Part shown: positions 46,516-53,889 of the stretch, piece after piece
How positions within the stretch are numbered: the first letter of the stretch is position 1
Layout of the letters: the number at the start of each line of letters is the position of its first letter
Virus record (IMG/VR): IMGVR_UViG_3300009132_000005
Coordinates: 3,530 to 67,529 of that record
Length of the DNA stretch: 64,000 nt
Reading direction: 5' to 3' (one strand)
Source of the DNA: a virus
Notes under the pieces: model-generated
What the model was told of the DNA's origin: nothing
The model's input: the letters and a program-made list of their open reading frames with translations, nothing else
Databases searched by the model: none
Made by a program: the position numbers and the translations under genes

Positions 46516-48076
46516 TGTCTAATCTTATGTTTGAAATTATACAATCTGCAGAAAATATTGTTTTTGCGACGCTAACTGCATTTTTTAGCGCTGTTTTTGT
46601 AACTAAAGCAGGATCTACTATACCAGAGTCAACCATTTTTACTAGTTTTCCACAAGTTACGTCAAATCCCATGCCTTTTTTATCAGGAATATCATAATTT
46701 TCTATACCTGCGTTGTCCATTATGGTAAAAAATGGCGATTTTATAGAATTTACTATTATTTCTTCACCAATATTTTTAGGTTTTATACTTTTTGCTGCAT
46801 TTAACAGACAAATTCCACCACCTGGAACAATACCTTCTTGTAAAGCTGCTTTAACAGCGTAAATAGCATCCTCAACTCTATCTTTTTTCTCTTTTAATTC
46901 AATTTTAGAGTTAGCACCAACCTTTATAACACCAACAGAACCGCTTAACATAGCTAATCTTTCTTGTAATTTCTTTTTAAAGAAAGGATCTTTGGTTTCA
47001 GGTATCTTTTTTTCTATTTCTTTTACCCTGCTTTCAACATCTTCGTTTAAAACGCCAGTTGTAAGGACTGTAGTTCTGTTATCTGTTACAGATTTCACTA
47101 CTTCACCTAAACAATCTGGCTGGATTAGATCGAGATCGTCTCCTAGTTCTTCATCTATTACTCTAGCACCAGTTAAAAGTGCTAAATCTTCAATAGTATC
47201 TCTTTTTCCTGCACCAAAACCAGGTGTATCAACAATATTTACTTTAATATTGCCTTTAACCTTGTTCATTAATAGTGCAGATTTTACTTGTGTGCTAACA
47301 GAAGCTACAATAAGTAGCGATCTGTTTTGCTTTATTACATGTTCTAATACATTTTGTATCTTTCTAATACTAGGTATTTCCGATGCAACTATTAATATGT
47401 ATGGATTTTCAAGCTCACATAGCTGTCTATCCTTATTTGTCATAAAATGAGGTGATGTTAGTTTAGAAGCTATTTGCACTCCTTCAACAATATCAGCATA
47501 AGTTACATCAGTTTCGCTCTCTTCCATCAAAACTACACCATCTTTACCTACTTTATTATATGTACTAGCTATTAGTTCACCTAATTCTTTATCATTATTA
47601 CAGCTTATTACTGAAACATGATTTAAAGTTTCACCGGTAACAGGTGTTGTATTGTCATTTATATACTCTACTACTTTTTCGTAACCTGACTGTATACCTT
47701 CTTTTATATTTCTTACACTTTCTTGTTCATACTCAGCATTACTAAATGCATTTTGTAATAGTGATTCAGCAAGGACGATAGCTGTAGTAGTACCGTCACC
47801 TGCTTCTTTCACTGTGTTTTTAGAAGCTTCTTTAATTAAAGTAGCACCTATATTCTCAACTGGATCAAATAATACTACAGAGTCTGCTACTGTAACACCA
47901 TCTTTTGTAACCAGTGGTCTACCGAAAGTGTCTTCATATATAACACACTTACCGGAAGCTCCTAGGGTAGATTTAACAGCTCTCGCTAGTTTATCTACAC
48001 CTTTCATAATTTTACCTTTAGCATCGACGCCAAAGTTAAGATCTTTTACGATCTCGCTTGGTTGACTATATTCCAT
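46502..48076 (-). CDS. groEL: Chaperonin GroEL
   Basis: VKSTLG..G, TKDGVTVA, AGDGTTTA, PGFG, KDRVEDA, GIVPGGG, GIVDP. Confidence 0.97.
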   Translation of the reverse strand: MEYSQPSEIVKDLNFGVDAKGKIMKGVDKLARAVKSTLGASGKCVIYEDTFGRPLVTKDGVTVADSVVLFDPVENIGATLIKEASKNTVKEAGDGTTTAIVLAESLLQNAFSNAEYEQESVRNIKEGIQSGYEKVVEYINDNTTPVTGETLNHVSVISCNNDKELGELIASTYNKVGKDGVVLMEESETDVTYADIVEGVQIASKLTSPHFMTNKDRQLCELENPYILIVASEIPSIRKIQNVLEHVIKQNRSLLIVASVSTQVKSALLMNKVKGNIKVNIVDTPGFGAGKRDTIEDLALLTGARVIDEELGDDLDLIQPDCLGEVVKSVTDNRTTVLTTGVLNEDVESRVKEIEKKIPETKDPFFKKKLQERLAMLSGSVGVIKVGANSKIELKEKKDRVEDAIYAVKAALQEGIVPGGGICLLNAAKSIKPKNIGEEIIVNSIKSPFFTIMDNAGIENYDIPDKKGMGFDVTCGKLVKMVDSGIVDPALVTKTALKNAVSVAKTIFSADCIISNIRLDNASS

Positions 48077-48100
48077 TAAATTAAATTGTTAGTTAATATA

Positions 48101-48391
48101 TTATTTAAATGTTTTCACTACTTTAGGTCCTTTTGTGAACTCTATCTTTTTATTGTAGTGATCGACTGATCCATCAATAGCGGTTTCTGCACCTTCTATT
48201 GTTTCACGTCTTGTAACGTCGTGCCATACATCTGTATTTTCGATGTCTTGGTATTCGGTTTGATAAAAACCATTTGCTAGCTGTACTATTCGCCAGTTTT
48301 TCTTTTCAGATAAATGCTTCCACGCATCAATGGTTTCTTGGGAAATTTGTGGTTGACTACTCCACGTTTGAGTCTTGTAAAAAAACGTCAT
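48101..48391 (-). CDS. Conserved hypothetical protein
   Basis: NWRIVQL.NG.YQTE...W.DVTRRETIEGAE.AID. Confidence 0.6.
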   Translation of the reverse strand: MTFFYKTQTWSSQPQISQETIDAWKHLSEKKNWRIVQLANGFYQTEYQDIENTDVWHDVTRRETIEGAETAIDGSVDHYNKKIEFTKGPKVVKTFK

Positions 48392-48423
48392 AATTTAGGT
48401 TTTTTATGGTTATCAGAGGTTGG

Positions 48424-48657
48424 TTATTCTTTCTTCGTACCGTGTCCCCTGTTTCCACGGTTCGCTTTTATACTAGTAAACCTTCTGGTTTTGTGGTCAT
48501 AATCTTTACCTTTTAAGCTTTTACCAGCTTTCTTAGCAGCACGTCTGAGCCTCTGGTTTTCAGCCCTCATTTTCTTACGTCTAGGACTATTTGCTGTAGC
48601 AAGATCTCTCTTTCTTTTAGCCATAGCCGCTCGCTTAGATAGTTTTTGCTTTGGCAT
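48424..48657 (-). CDS. Small basic protein with degenerate HNH-like end
   Basis: Arg/Lys-rich with GKDYDH...NRG. First gene of the minus-strand arm. Confidence 0.55.
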   Translation of the reverse strand: MPKQKLSKRAAMAKRKRDLATANSPRRKKMRAENQRLRRAAKKAGKSLKGKDYDHKTRRFTSIKANRGNRGHGTKKE

Positions 48658-48716
48658 AGTTTATTGTTTTACTTGTATGTTATAATAGTTACACGTAATA
48701 AAGTATATTTACAGAG

Positions 48717-48763
48717 TGTGACATTAGGGTATTACTAGGTATACTATTAGAGGCTATTGTCAT
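48717..48763. promoter_or_regulatory. TGACA...TGTCA element, copy 1
   Basis: Reverse complement aligns with 55948-55993 with one gap. Confidence 0.5.
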
Positions 48764-48950
48764 AAAAAAACACGTTAGATATAATGGGGTATAGGGTTGC
48801 CCCTACCCTACGCTCGACCTGCTGTTACAGGAAAACGCATTATTTCAACCGGGCCCCCATGTTCTATATAGATTATCCACGTGTATTCGTGTTTAGCATG
48901 TGTATAGCATCACTACACTTCACTACTTATTTATTAATTCACTCACATTA

Positions 48951-48975
48951 TAAATACGACTATAAATGGATAATA
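48951..48975 (+). promoter_or_regulatory. Early promoter-like motif, copy 1
   Basis: TAAATACGA-ctataaat-GGATAATA. Confidence 0.7.
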
Positions 48976-49113
48976 GATATGTATTTAATAAGTAATAATA
49001 ATGACATATTTCACTCACATAATTAAACAAACTAAATTAGAAGTCGCGAGACAGTGTGGAATACTACTAACTAATTTTATACTAATAAATAAACTATCCA
49101 CTTTTACCCAATA

Positions 49114-49138
49114 TAAATACTAACTAATTTGGATAATA
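49114..49138 (+). promoter_or_regulatory. Early promoter-like motif, copy 2
   Basis: TAAATACTA-actaattt-GGATAATA. Confidence 0.7.
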
Positions 49139-49182
49139 ATAATGTAACTAAATAATAATAATAACACTTAAATAATTTAACT

Positions 49183-49410
49183 ATGAGTAACTTAATCACA
49201 AAAAGATTTGTTGTAAGACAATCACTAATCGGAAAAAATGTAACATTCGAATTCACTAACAAAAAAGGTGACAAGATAACTTACAATCACGACAAAGTAT
49301 TTTCAATAATGAAAGATACACTAACTAAACTGCCATGCTGGCTAAAGTACAAAAGTTATACTGCTACTAACAATATACCTTTAGTACTTAGAAATAAAGA
49401 CTTAGTATAA
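49183..49410 (+). CDS. Early hypothetical protein
   Basis: 75-aa ORF after two promoter motifs, with AACT-ATG leader. Confidence 0.7.
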   Translation: MSNLITKRFVVRQSLIGKNVTFEFTNKKGDKITYNHDKVFSIMKDTLTKLPCWLKYKSYTATNNIPLVLRNKDLV

Positions 49411-49412
49411 TT

Positions 49413-49518
49413 ACTAGTCTTTGTTTCACCTCGGCGTTAACTTGTTCTCTCGAGTATAAATACAGTTGAACCAGACTAGTCTTGGAGCAGAGGTGTGTTT
49501 CGATTACACACACTAGTA
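49413..49518 (+). ncRNA. tRNA-like structured RNA 1
   Basis: ACTAGT/ACTAGT acceptor-like stem stacked on GTGTGT-TTCGATT-ACACAC T-arm (12 bp total). Third helix CTTTGTTTC/GGAGCAGAG. Intergenic. Confidence 0.55.
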
Positions 49519-49532
49519 CTAAATATATAATT

Positions 49533-49652
49533 ATGGCACACATTAATACATACAAATTAAAAGTAGCGTTCAGATTATATGGAAAACACTATAATCTTCT
49601 AACGACTGAAGAAAAAACACATGTAAACGAAGTAGTATACATGTACTATTAA
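49533..49652 (+). CDS. Small early protein (39 aa)
   Basis: MAHINTYKLKVAFRLYGKHYNLL...YY*. Read manually. Confidence 0.5.
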   Translation: MAHINTYKLKVAFRLYGKHYNLLTTEEKTHVNEVVYMYY

Positions 49653-49669
49653 CAACTAAATAAATAACT

Positions 49670-49864
49670 ATGAGTAAAATTAAATTCACGTACAACAGAA
49701 TGTACAACTATGTAAAAGGTAAATCAGTAGTAGAACTAATGTTTGAGTTCTTCGCTTTCGGAATATTAATGCCAATGGCAGTAAGTGGTATCAGCTTCAT
49801 GATATTCATGTTAGTAACTGGTCAAGTAACAGACGTAAATATTAACTGTGGCATTTGCTACTAA
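49670..49864 (+). CDS. Small early membrane protein
   Basis: One long hydrophobic segment and a C-terminal CGIC. Confidence 0.6.
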   Translation: MSKIKFTYNRMYNYVKGKSVVELMFEFFAFGILMPMAVSGISFMIFMLVTGQVTDVNINCGICY

Positions 49865-49875
49865 TACAATAAACT

Positions 49876-50013
49876 ATGCAATTTATATTAACTTGTGAAA
49901 ATGGTAAGCAAATAGATATGTCAAGTGACATACTAAAGCAAATGAGTGGCGAGATAACTCGTCAAGATGTAGAACAAAGAATTGAATTCTATCAAAAAAC
50001 TAATAAACTATGA
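49876..50013 (+). CDS. Small early protein (45 aa)
   Basis: MQFILTCENGKQIDMS...KL*, AACT-ATG leader, ATGA overlap with the next gene. Confidence 0.55.
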   Translation: MQFILTCENGKQIDMSSDILKQMSGEITRQDVEQRIEFYQKTNKL

Positions 50014-50138
50014 GAAAATTTAAACATGAAGAACTATGGTCGTTTAGTGACGAGCATGTCATTGACGGTATGATTTACTGTCATGAAATTGAGAAGTGGG
50101 TAACAGTAGAAGAATATACAGAATACTACTATGCCTAG
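50010..50138 (+). CDS. Small early protein (42 aa)
   Basis: MRKFKHEELWSFSDEHVIDGMIYCHEIEKWV...YA*. Confidence 0.55.
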   Translation: MRKFKHEELWSFSDEHVIDGMIYCHEIEKWVTVEEYTEYYYA

Positions 50139-50256
50139 AAAACACTCACATCACAAAATAATTAAATTAACTCGTCAGCAAATAATGATGATAGAAGATC
50201 GGTGGTGGGCTAGATATAATAAACTACCCAAAATAAATACGAATAAAGTTGGATAA
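50131..50256 (+). CDS. Small early protein (41 aa)
   Basis: MPRKHSHHKIIKL...INTNKVG*. Ends inside promoter copy 3. Confidence 0.45.
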   Translation: MPRKHSHHKIIKLTRQQIMMIEDRWWARYNKLPKINTNKVG

Positions 50257-50258
50257 TA
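50234..50258 (+). promoter_or_regulatory. Early promoter-like motif, copy 3
   Basis: TAAATACGA-ataaagtt-GGATAATA. Confidence 0.7.
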
Positions 50259-50267
50259 ATATAAAAT

Positions 50268-50459
50268 ATGACTATGAATAAATTAAAATTTACTAACTAC
50301 GACTTAAATAACAAACCTAAAAATGTTATACTAACAAAAGCAAACGGCGAAGTTGAAGTACTTGACGCTTGGCCTCACACTATGTACTATGACAAAGCAG
50401 ACAAACAGTACAGAACTTTTCCTGCTTTTACTAAAATTAACAATGAAACTTATGTATAA
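50268..50459 (+). CDS. Early hypothetical protein
   Basis: 63-aa ORF directly after promoter copy 3. Confidence 0.55.
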   Translation: MTMNKLKFTNYDLNNKPKNVILTKANGEVEVLDAWPHTMYYDKADKQYRTFPAFTKINNETYV

Positions 50460-50658
50460 AGATTATCCAGCAGACAAAATAGCAGCAAAACTCAAACAAG
50501 TTGAAGAGTTTGAAGCTAAATACGGTGAATCTACACGTACTATTGCATGGAAAAAGTGGTGTAATGACATCAACTATCGCAAACGTGAGTGGCAATTCAG
50601 GCAAGGTGTTGCAGAATATGCACTAAACAATGCACATAAAGCATTTATGGCGGGATAG
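50443..50658 (+). CDS. Early hypothetical protein
   Basis: Likely start MKLMYKDYP. Stop lies inside the tRNA 5' end. Confidence 0.55.
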   Translation: MKLMYKDYPADKIAAKLKQVEEFEAKYGESTRTIAWKKWCNDINYRKREWQFRQGVAEYALNNAHKAFMAG

Positions 50659-50721
50659 AGCAGGTGGTAGCTCGCGAGCCTCATAAGCTCGAGGTCGAAG
50701 GTTCGACTCCTTCTCCCGCAA
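50649..50721 (+). tRNA. tRNA-Met(CAT), initiator-like
   Basis: Cloverleaf: GGCGGGA/TCCCGCA, D stem GAGC/GCTC, anticodon CGAGC-CTCATAA-GCTCG, T arm GAAGG-TTCGACT-CCTTC. CCA not encoded. Confidence 0.9.
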
Positions 50722-50741
50722 CTAATTTAAATTTAATAACT

Positions 50742-51182
50742 ATGAGTAAATATACTTGGCGACAAGAACAGCAGATGCTATGTGACTCGTTCGCAAGAGC
50801 ATTATTAGTAGAGCACAATATAAAAGAAGTGACTACACAAAGACAAGCTAAAAATGGTACAAGAGAATTTGAGTTTCCAGTACCCGCTAGATCAGCTTTC
50901 TATGGTAATAAACTACATTATTCAAAAGAAAGACTAAGATTAGCAGTATACAAAACAGGTTATGTAAGAAATTGTAACAGTTGTTCTTCAAACTATCAAC
51001 TAAACAAAACATACAAAAGAGAAACAAGAACTACTTTCTTTGATACATCAAAAGGTGGTTTATACACTAGCTCTTATAGAAGTATAGCTAGACAATTAAT
51101 CTACAGCGAGTTTGCTAGATTAAACTATATGCTTCAGTATTATCTAAAGAATCACAATATAAATACGAATAAAGTTGGATAA
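50742..51182 (+). CDS. Early hypothetical protein
   Basis: Start MSKYTW. The longer ORF-track start runs through the tRNA. Confidence 0.65.
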   Translation: MSKYTWRQEQQMLCDSFARALLVEHNIKEVTTQRQAKNGTREFEFPVPARSAFYGNKLHYSKERLRLAVYKTGYVRNCNSCSSNYQLNKTYKRETRTTFFDTSKGGLYTSSYRSIARQLIYSEFARLNYMLQYYLKNHNINTNKVG

Positions 51183-51184
51183 TA
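51160..51184 (+). promoter_or_regulatory. Early promoter-like motif, copy 4
   Basis: TAAATACGA-ataaagtt-GGATAATA, identical to copy 3. Confidence 0.7.
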
Positions 51185-51190
51185 TATACG

Positions 51191-51403
51191 ATGACAAAAT
51201 GTAAATGTAAAAATATAATACCTCCACAGCGCCTCGCACTAGGTTACACCTCTTGCGTCGACTGTAGCACAGTAAAACCATATGGCTGTATATCCCTTAC
51301 ATACCATAAAACCGGTAATACTATACAAATTATGCCGAAAGAACAGGCGAAACGTGTCAGAAAGCTTGGCGCTCGCAGAGGTTACGGAACATGCTTAAGA
51401 TAA
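51191..51403 (+). CDS. DksA/TraR-type C4 zinc-finger protein
   Basis: CKC...IPPQRLALG...CVDC. Confidence 0.6.
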   Translation: MTKCKCKNIIPPQRLALGYTSCVDCSTVKPYGCISLTYHKTGNTIQIMPKEQAKRVRKLGARRGYGTCLR

Positions 51404-51407
51404 TAAT

Positions 51408-51605
51408 ATGGCAGTAATAAAACAAATGAATATAGTAGCAGAAGAAATAGCTACAGACGTAATAGATAATATAAAACAACAGTGTGATTGGCAGATCGGC
51501 CAGTTTCTACCAGAATCTAGTGAGGGCAATGAAATATACGAAGCTCATAGTTACCTCGTAGAACTGGTCGTCAGTCACATATCTAAAAAAGTAAACAATG
51601 AGTGA
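51408..51605 (+). CDS. Early hypothetical protein
   Basis: ORF in a tightly packed operon. Confidence 0.55.
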   Translation: MAVIKQMNIVAEEIATDVIDNIKQQCDWQIGQFLPESSEGNEIYEAHSYLVELVVSHISKKVNNE

Positions 51606-51885
51606 TTCAATTAAAGCATGGCATGAAATGCAAGAAGAAAAATTAGTTTCGCTACAAGCAGATGAAGCTATAGCTGAAGAACTAGGAAGAGCTAAATATA
51701 TATTCTTACTAGATTTTGGAAACGGTAAAGTATATAGATATGACATTAGCTCATTATGTAATGAAAAAAATAAATGGAATCCAGACTCTGAATCTTGTGA
51801 AGCATTTTTATATGGTGCAGGTCACAAGCTTACTGACTGCGAGTGGATGGTAACAAACACTGGTGGTATAGAGTTCGGTAACTAA
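51598..51885 (+). CDS. Early hypothetical protein
   Basis: YIFLLDF..GKVYRY...GH....CEWM. Confidence 0.6.
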   Translation: MSDSIKAWHEMQEEKLVSLQADEAIAEELGRAKYIFLLDFGNGKVYRYDISSLCNEKNKWNPDSESCEAFLYGAGHKLTDCEWMVTNTGGIEFGN

Positions 51886-51905
51886 ATAAATTTCGCCAAG
51901 AACAT

Positions 51906-52085
51906 TTGTGGTGCTAAACAGCGAGGCCTGATAAATCATTGCTGCAGTGCGTACGGAAGTGTATTATGTGAGGCGGTTTAGCGGCGGCATACTGGTCACG
52001 TTAGATAAGAAAACGAAGACACTTATCAAAACAGAAAGAGTGGATAAATGACAATACTAGGTAACTACCAGTCCACAACTGCTGC
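51906..52085 (+). ncRNA. Unidentified structured RNA (~180 nt)
   Basis: Nested helices TTGTGG/CCACAA, GCTAAAC/GTTTAGC, CAGCGA/TTGCTG, ACTGGT/ACCAGT and GATAAG/CTTATC with GNRA loops, in GC-enriched intergenic DNA. Confidence 0.55.
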
Positions 52086-52090
52086 TTTAT

Positions 52091-52192
52091 GGGCGTGATA
52101 TGGTAAGAGTATGATTAAAGGCGTAATTCCTTAGCGGGATGTGAGAAACGGCTCGATGATTACTAACGCAGGTTCGACTCCTGCCACGTCCA
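52091..52192 (+). ncRNA. tmRNA-like/tRNA-like RNA 2 (Ala-type acceptor)
   Basis: GGGCGTG/CACGTCC-A acceptor with G3:U70 and GCAGG-TTCGACT-CCTGC T arm. No D stem or canonical anticodon arm. Confidence 0.65.
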
Positions 52193-52202
52193 CAATACAA
52201 TA

Positions 52203-52227
52203 TAAATACGACAATAGTAGGATAATA
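52203..52227 (+). promoter_or_regulatory. Early promoter-like motif, copy 5
   Basis: TAAATACGA-caatagta-GGATAATA. Confidence 0.7.
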
Positions 52228-52247
52228 TAATTAAATAATAAATAAAT

Positions 52248-52475
52248 ATGAAATCAATCTACGAAATGCTCAAACCCGAACTAAAGGACGAGCTTAAATC
52301 AAGTGCTAGAAAATATGACAGCGCTAAAAGACTAAAGTATGTACTTATGTCTAAAACTATATGGCAAGACCTAACAGTGTCCGAGCTATCAGAACTTATA
52401 ACTTATTCTAACCTAACTAGTTACAAAATGTCACCATATGACTTTATGTACGGTGATAATTTATTAACTAAGTAA
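52248..52475 (+). CDS. Hypothetical protein
   Basis: ORF after promoter copy 5. Confidence 0.6.
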   Translation: MKSIYEMLKPELKDELKSSARKYDSAKRLKYVLMSKTIWQDLTVSELSELITYSNLTSYKMSPYDFMYGDNLLTK

Positions 52476-52936
52476 TGGCAGAACTACTAACAGACGATAT
52501 AATATACGAAGCTTTAGAAGCTGATGGTATTATGCAGGAACCAGATGCCAACTGGCTACTCGAATATATCGAGTCAGAATATGGCGGTAAGTTAGACAAA
52601 GACAGTAGTTGGAGTGATAACAAACATGAATTAAAAATATACAGTGAATCAACAGCTGATGGCTATGATATATACTGGTGTACTTATGATGAAAAACCTT
52701 ATGTATCAGAAGATGGTTATCAGTATGAAGCTTATGATACTTGGTCAGAACAAGCTATTGAAGCTTTAACTGATGGTCAAAATGTATGGGTAGAGTCTCA
52801 TATATGGGACGATATGGAATATGAATTCAACCATGAATTAGAACAATGGTGGACAGATATATACGAAGATGTATTCTGTGCAGATAAAAAAGATGAACTA
52901 TTAGAATCAGGAGACTATTATGAAGACAAAGAATAA
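52475..52936 (+). CDS. Highly acidic protein (possible DNA mimic)
   Basis: Very Asp/Glu-rich with many Trp/Tyr and no Arg. Confidence 0.6.
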   Translation: MAELLTDDIIYEALEADGIMQEPDANWLLEYIESEYGGKLDKDSSWSDNKHELKIYSESTADGYDIYWCTYDEKPYVSEDGYQYEAYDTWSEQAIEALTDGQNVWVESHIWDDMEYEFNHELEQWWTDIYEDVFCADKKDELLESGDYYEDKE

Positions 52937-53201
52937 ACAAGAAAAACCTAAATGGTTTACAGGTGCATGGTACGAAGAAGGTGATACTGTGCAAAATCCT
53001 TTCAGCGGTGAAGAATATACGTTGACAGGACCAGAATTAAGTATGTATGATTTTATCATGGGTGCTCAATGGACTATTGAAACAAAGTTTCAACAAGATG
53101 TTGTTGACCCTATGGTTGACAAGCTTTCAGATGACATGAGAAAAGGTTTAAACTGGTTTAGATCAGAAAACCCTAAAGCTTATATGGTATTACTAGATTA
53201 A
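52920..53201 (+). CDS. Conserved hypothetical protein
   Basis: V.NPFSGE...L...ELSMYDFIMG...GL.WFR..NP.AYMVLLD. Confidence 0.65.
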   Translation: MKTKNKQEKPKWFTGAWYEEGDTVQNPFSGEEYTLTGPELSMYDFIMGAQWTIETKFQQDVVDPMVDKLSDDMRKGLNWFRSENPKAYMVLLD

Positions 53202-53202
53202 T

Positions 53203-53334
53203 ATGGCAAAACTAACACTAAGAGCTTATATCTCTAAACATAAGAAAAAGAGACCAGGTGTTCATTCTAAAAACGCCTCGCGTGGACAAACTGGTTATAA
53301 GAAGAAATATAGAGGCCAAGGTATAAAAAGATGA
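53203..53334 (+). CDS. Small basic protein (43 aa, KKYRGQG type)
   Basis: MAKLTLRAYISKHKKKRPGVHSK...YKKKYRGQGIKR*. Fills the gap with an ATGA overlap. Confidence 0.6.
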   Translation: MAKLTLRAYISKHKKKRPGVHSKNASRGQTGYKKKYRGQGIKR

Positions 53335-53867
53335 GCACAAGAAACGTAACAATGGTCGTAGACCGAAAACACGCAGAAGAAAACGAGCTAGGTTTCGCTG
53401 CAGATCCTTGTCATTTCAGTGACAAAAGCTACGTAAATATGTATTTACATCATGATGGTTATCCTGAATGGCAAGGTGTACAGTTAGCAAACTGGTGTCA
53501 CACTAATGGTAGAATAGACGGTAGCGCTTTAGCTGCCAAGCTTGTACATGATATGTACTATGACAGTTGCTACTTATATAAAGACCATCAGCATATAGAT
53601 CACCATTATACTTATATCATATGGACAGGTAAAACTGATATATGGATTAGTTGCTGGGATCAGTATTCTAATAGAAATGTATTCGTGTTAAAACCTGAAA
53701 AGATTATATCTAAGTATATGGAAGACATGGAGTATACTGATTTTGCTAATGGCGAAATAAGAGCTGATAGAAATACATTATCAAATAAAGTTGATCTAAG
53801 CTTAAAAGACTATAATGGTCTTAGAAGTAATGCTCAAAGAATTATTGACATACTAACCACAGATTAA
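53331..53867 (+). CDS. Conserved phage protein (MSTR...Y.HHDGYP family)
   Basis: MSTR start, MYLHHDGYPEWQG and YTYII. Confidence 0.65.
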   Translation: MSTRNVTMVVDRKHAEENELGFAADPCHFSDKSYVNMYLHHDGYPEWQGVQLANWCHTNGRIDGSALAAKLVHDMYYDSCYLYKDHQHIDHHYTYIIWTGKTDIWISCWDQYSNRNVFVLKPEKIISKYMEDMEYTDFANGEIRADRNTLSNKVDLSLKDYNGLRSNAQRIIDILTTD

Positions 53868-53889
53868 ATACGAATGGATTTGGATAATA
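53865..53889 (+). promoter_or_regulatory. Early promoter-like motif, copy 6
   Basis: TAAATACGA-atggattt-GGATAATA. Confidence 0.7.

Noticed and set aside
48784-49026. 80-aa ORF in the divergent region
   Set aside because: Atypical composition, spans a promoter motif and lies upstream of the first early promoter; probably non-coding.
50664-50741. N-terminal extension of the 172-aa ORF
   Set aside because: It is the tRNA-Met sequence read in frame. The real start is ATG 50742.
51925-52040. Hammerhead ribozyme (CTGATAA ... GAAA)
   Set aside because: The core deviates from CUGANGA and the flanking stems do not give hammerhead topology.
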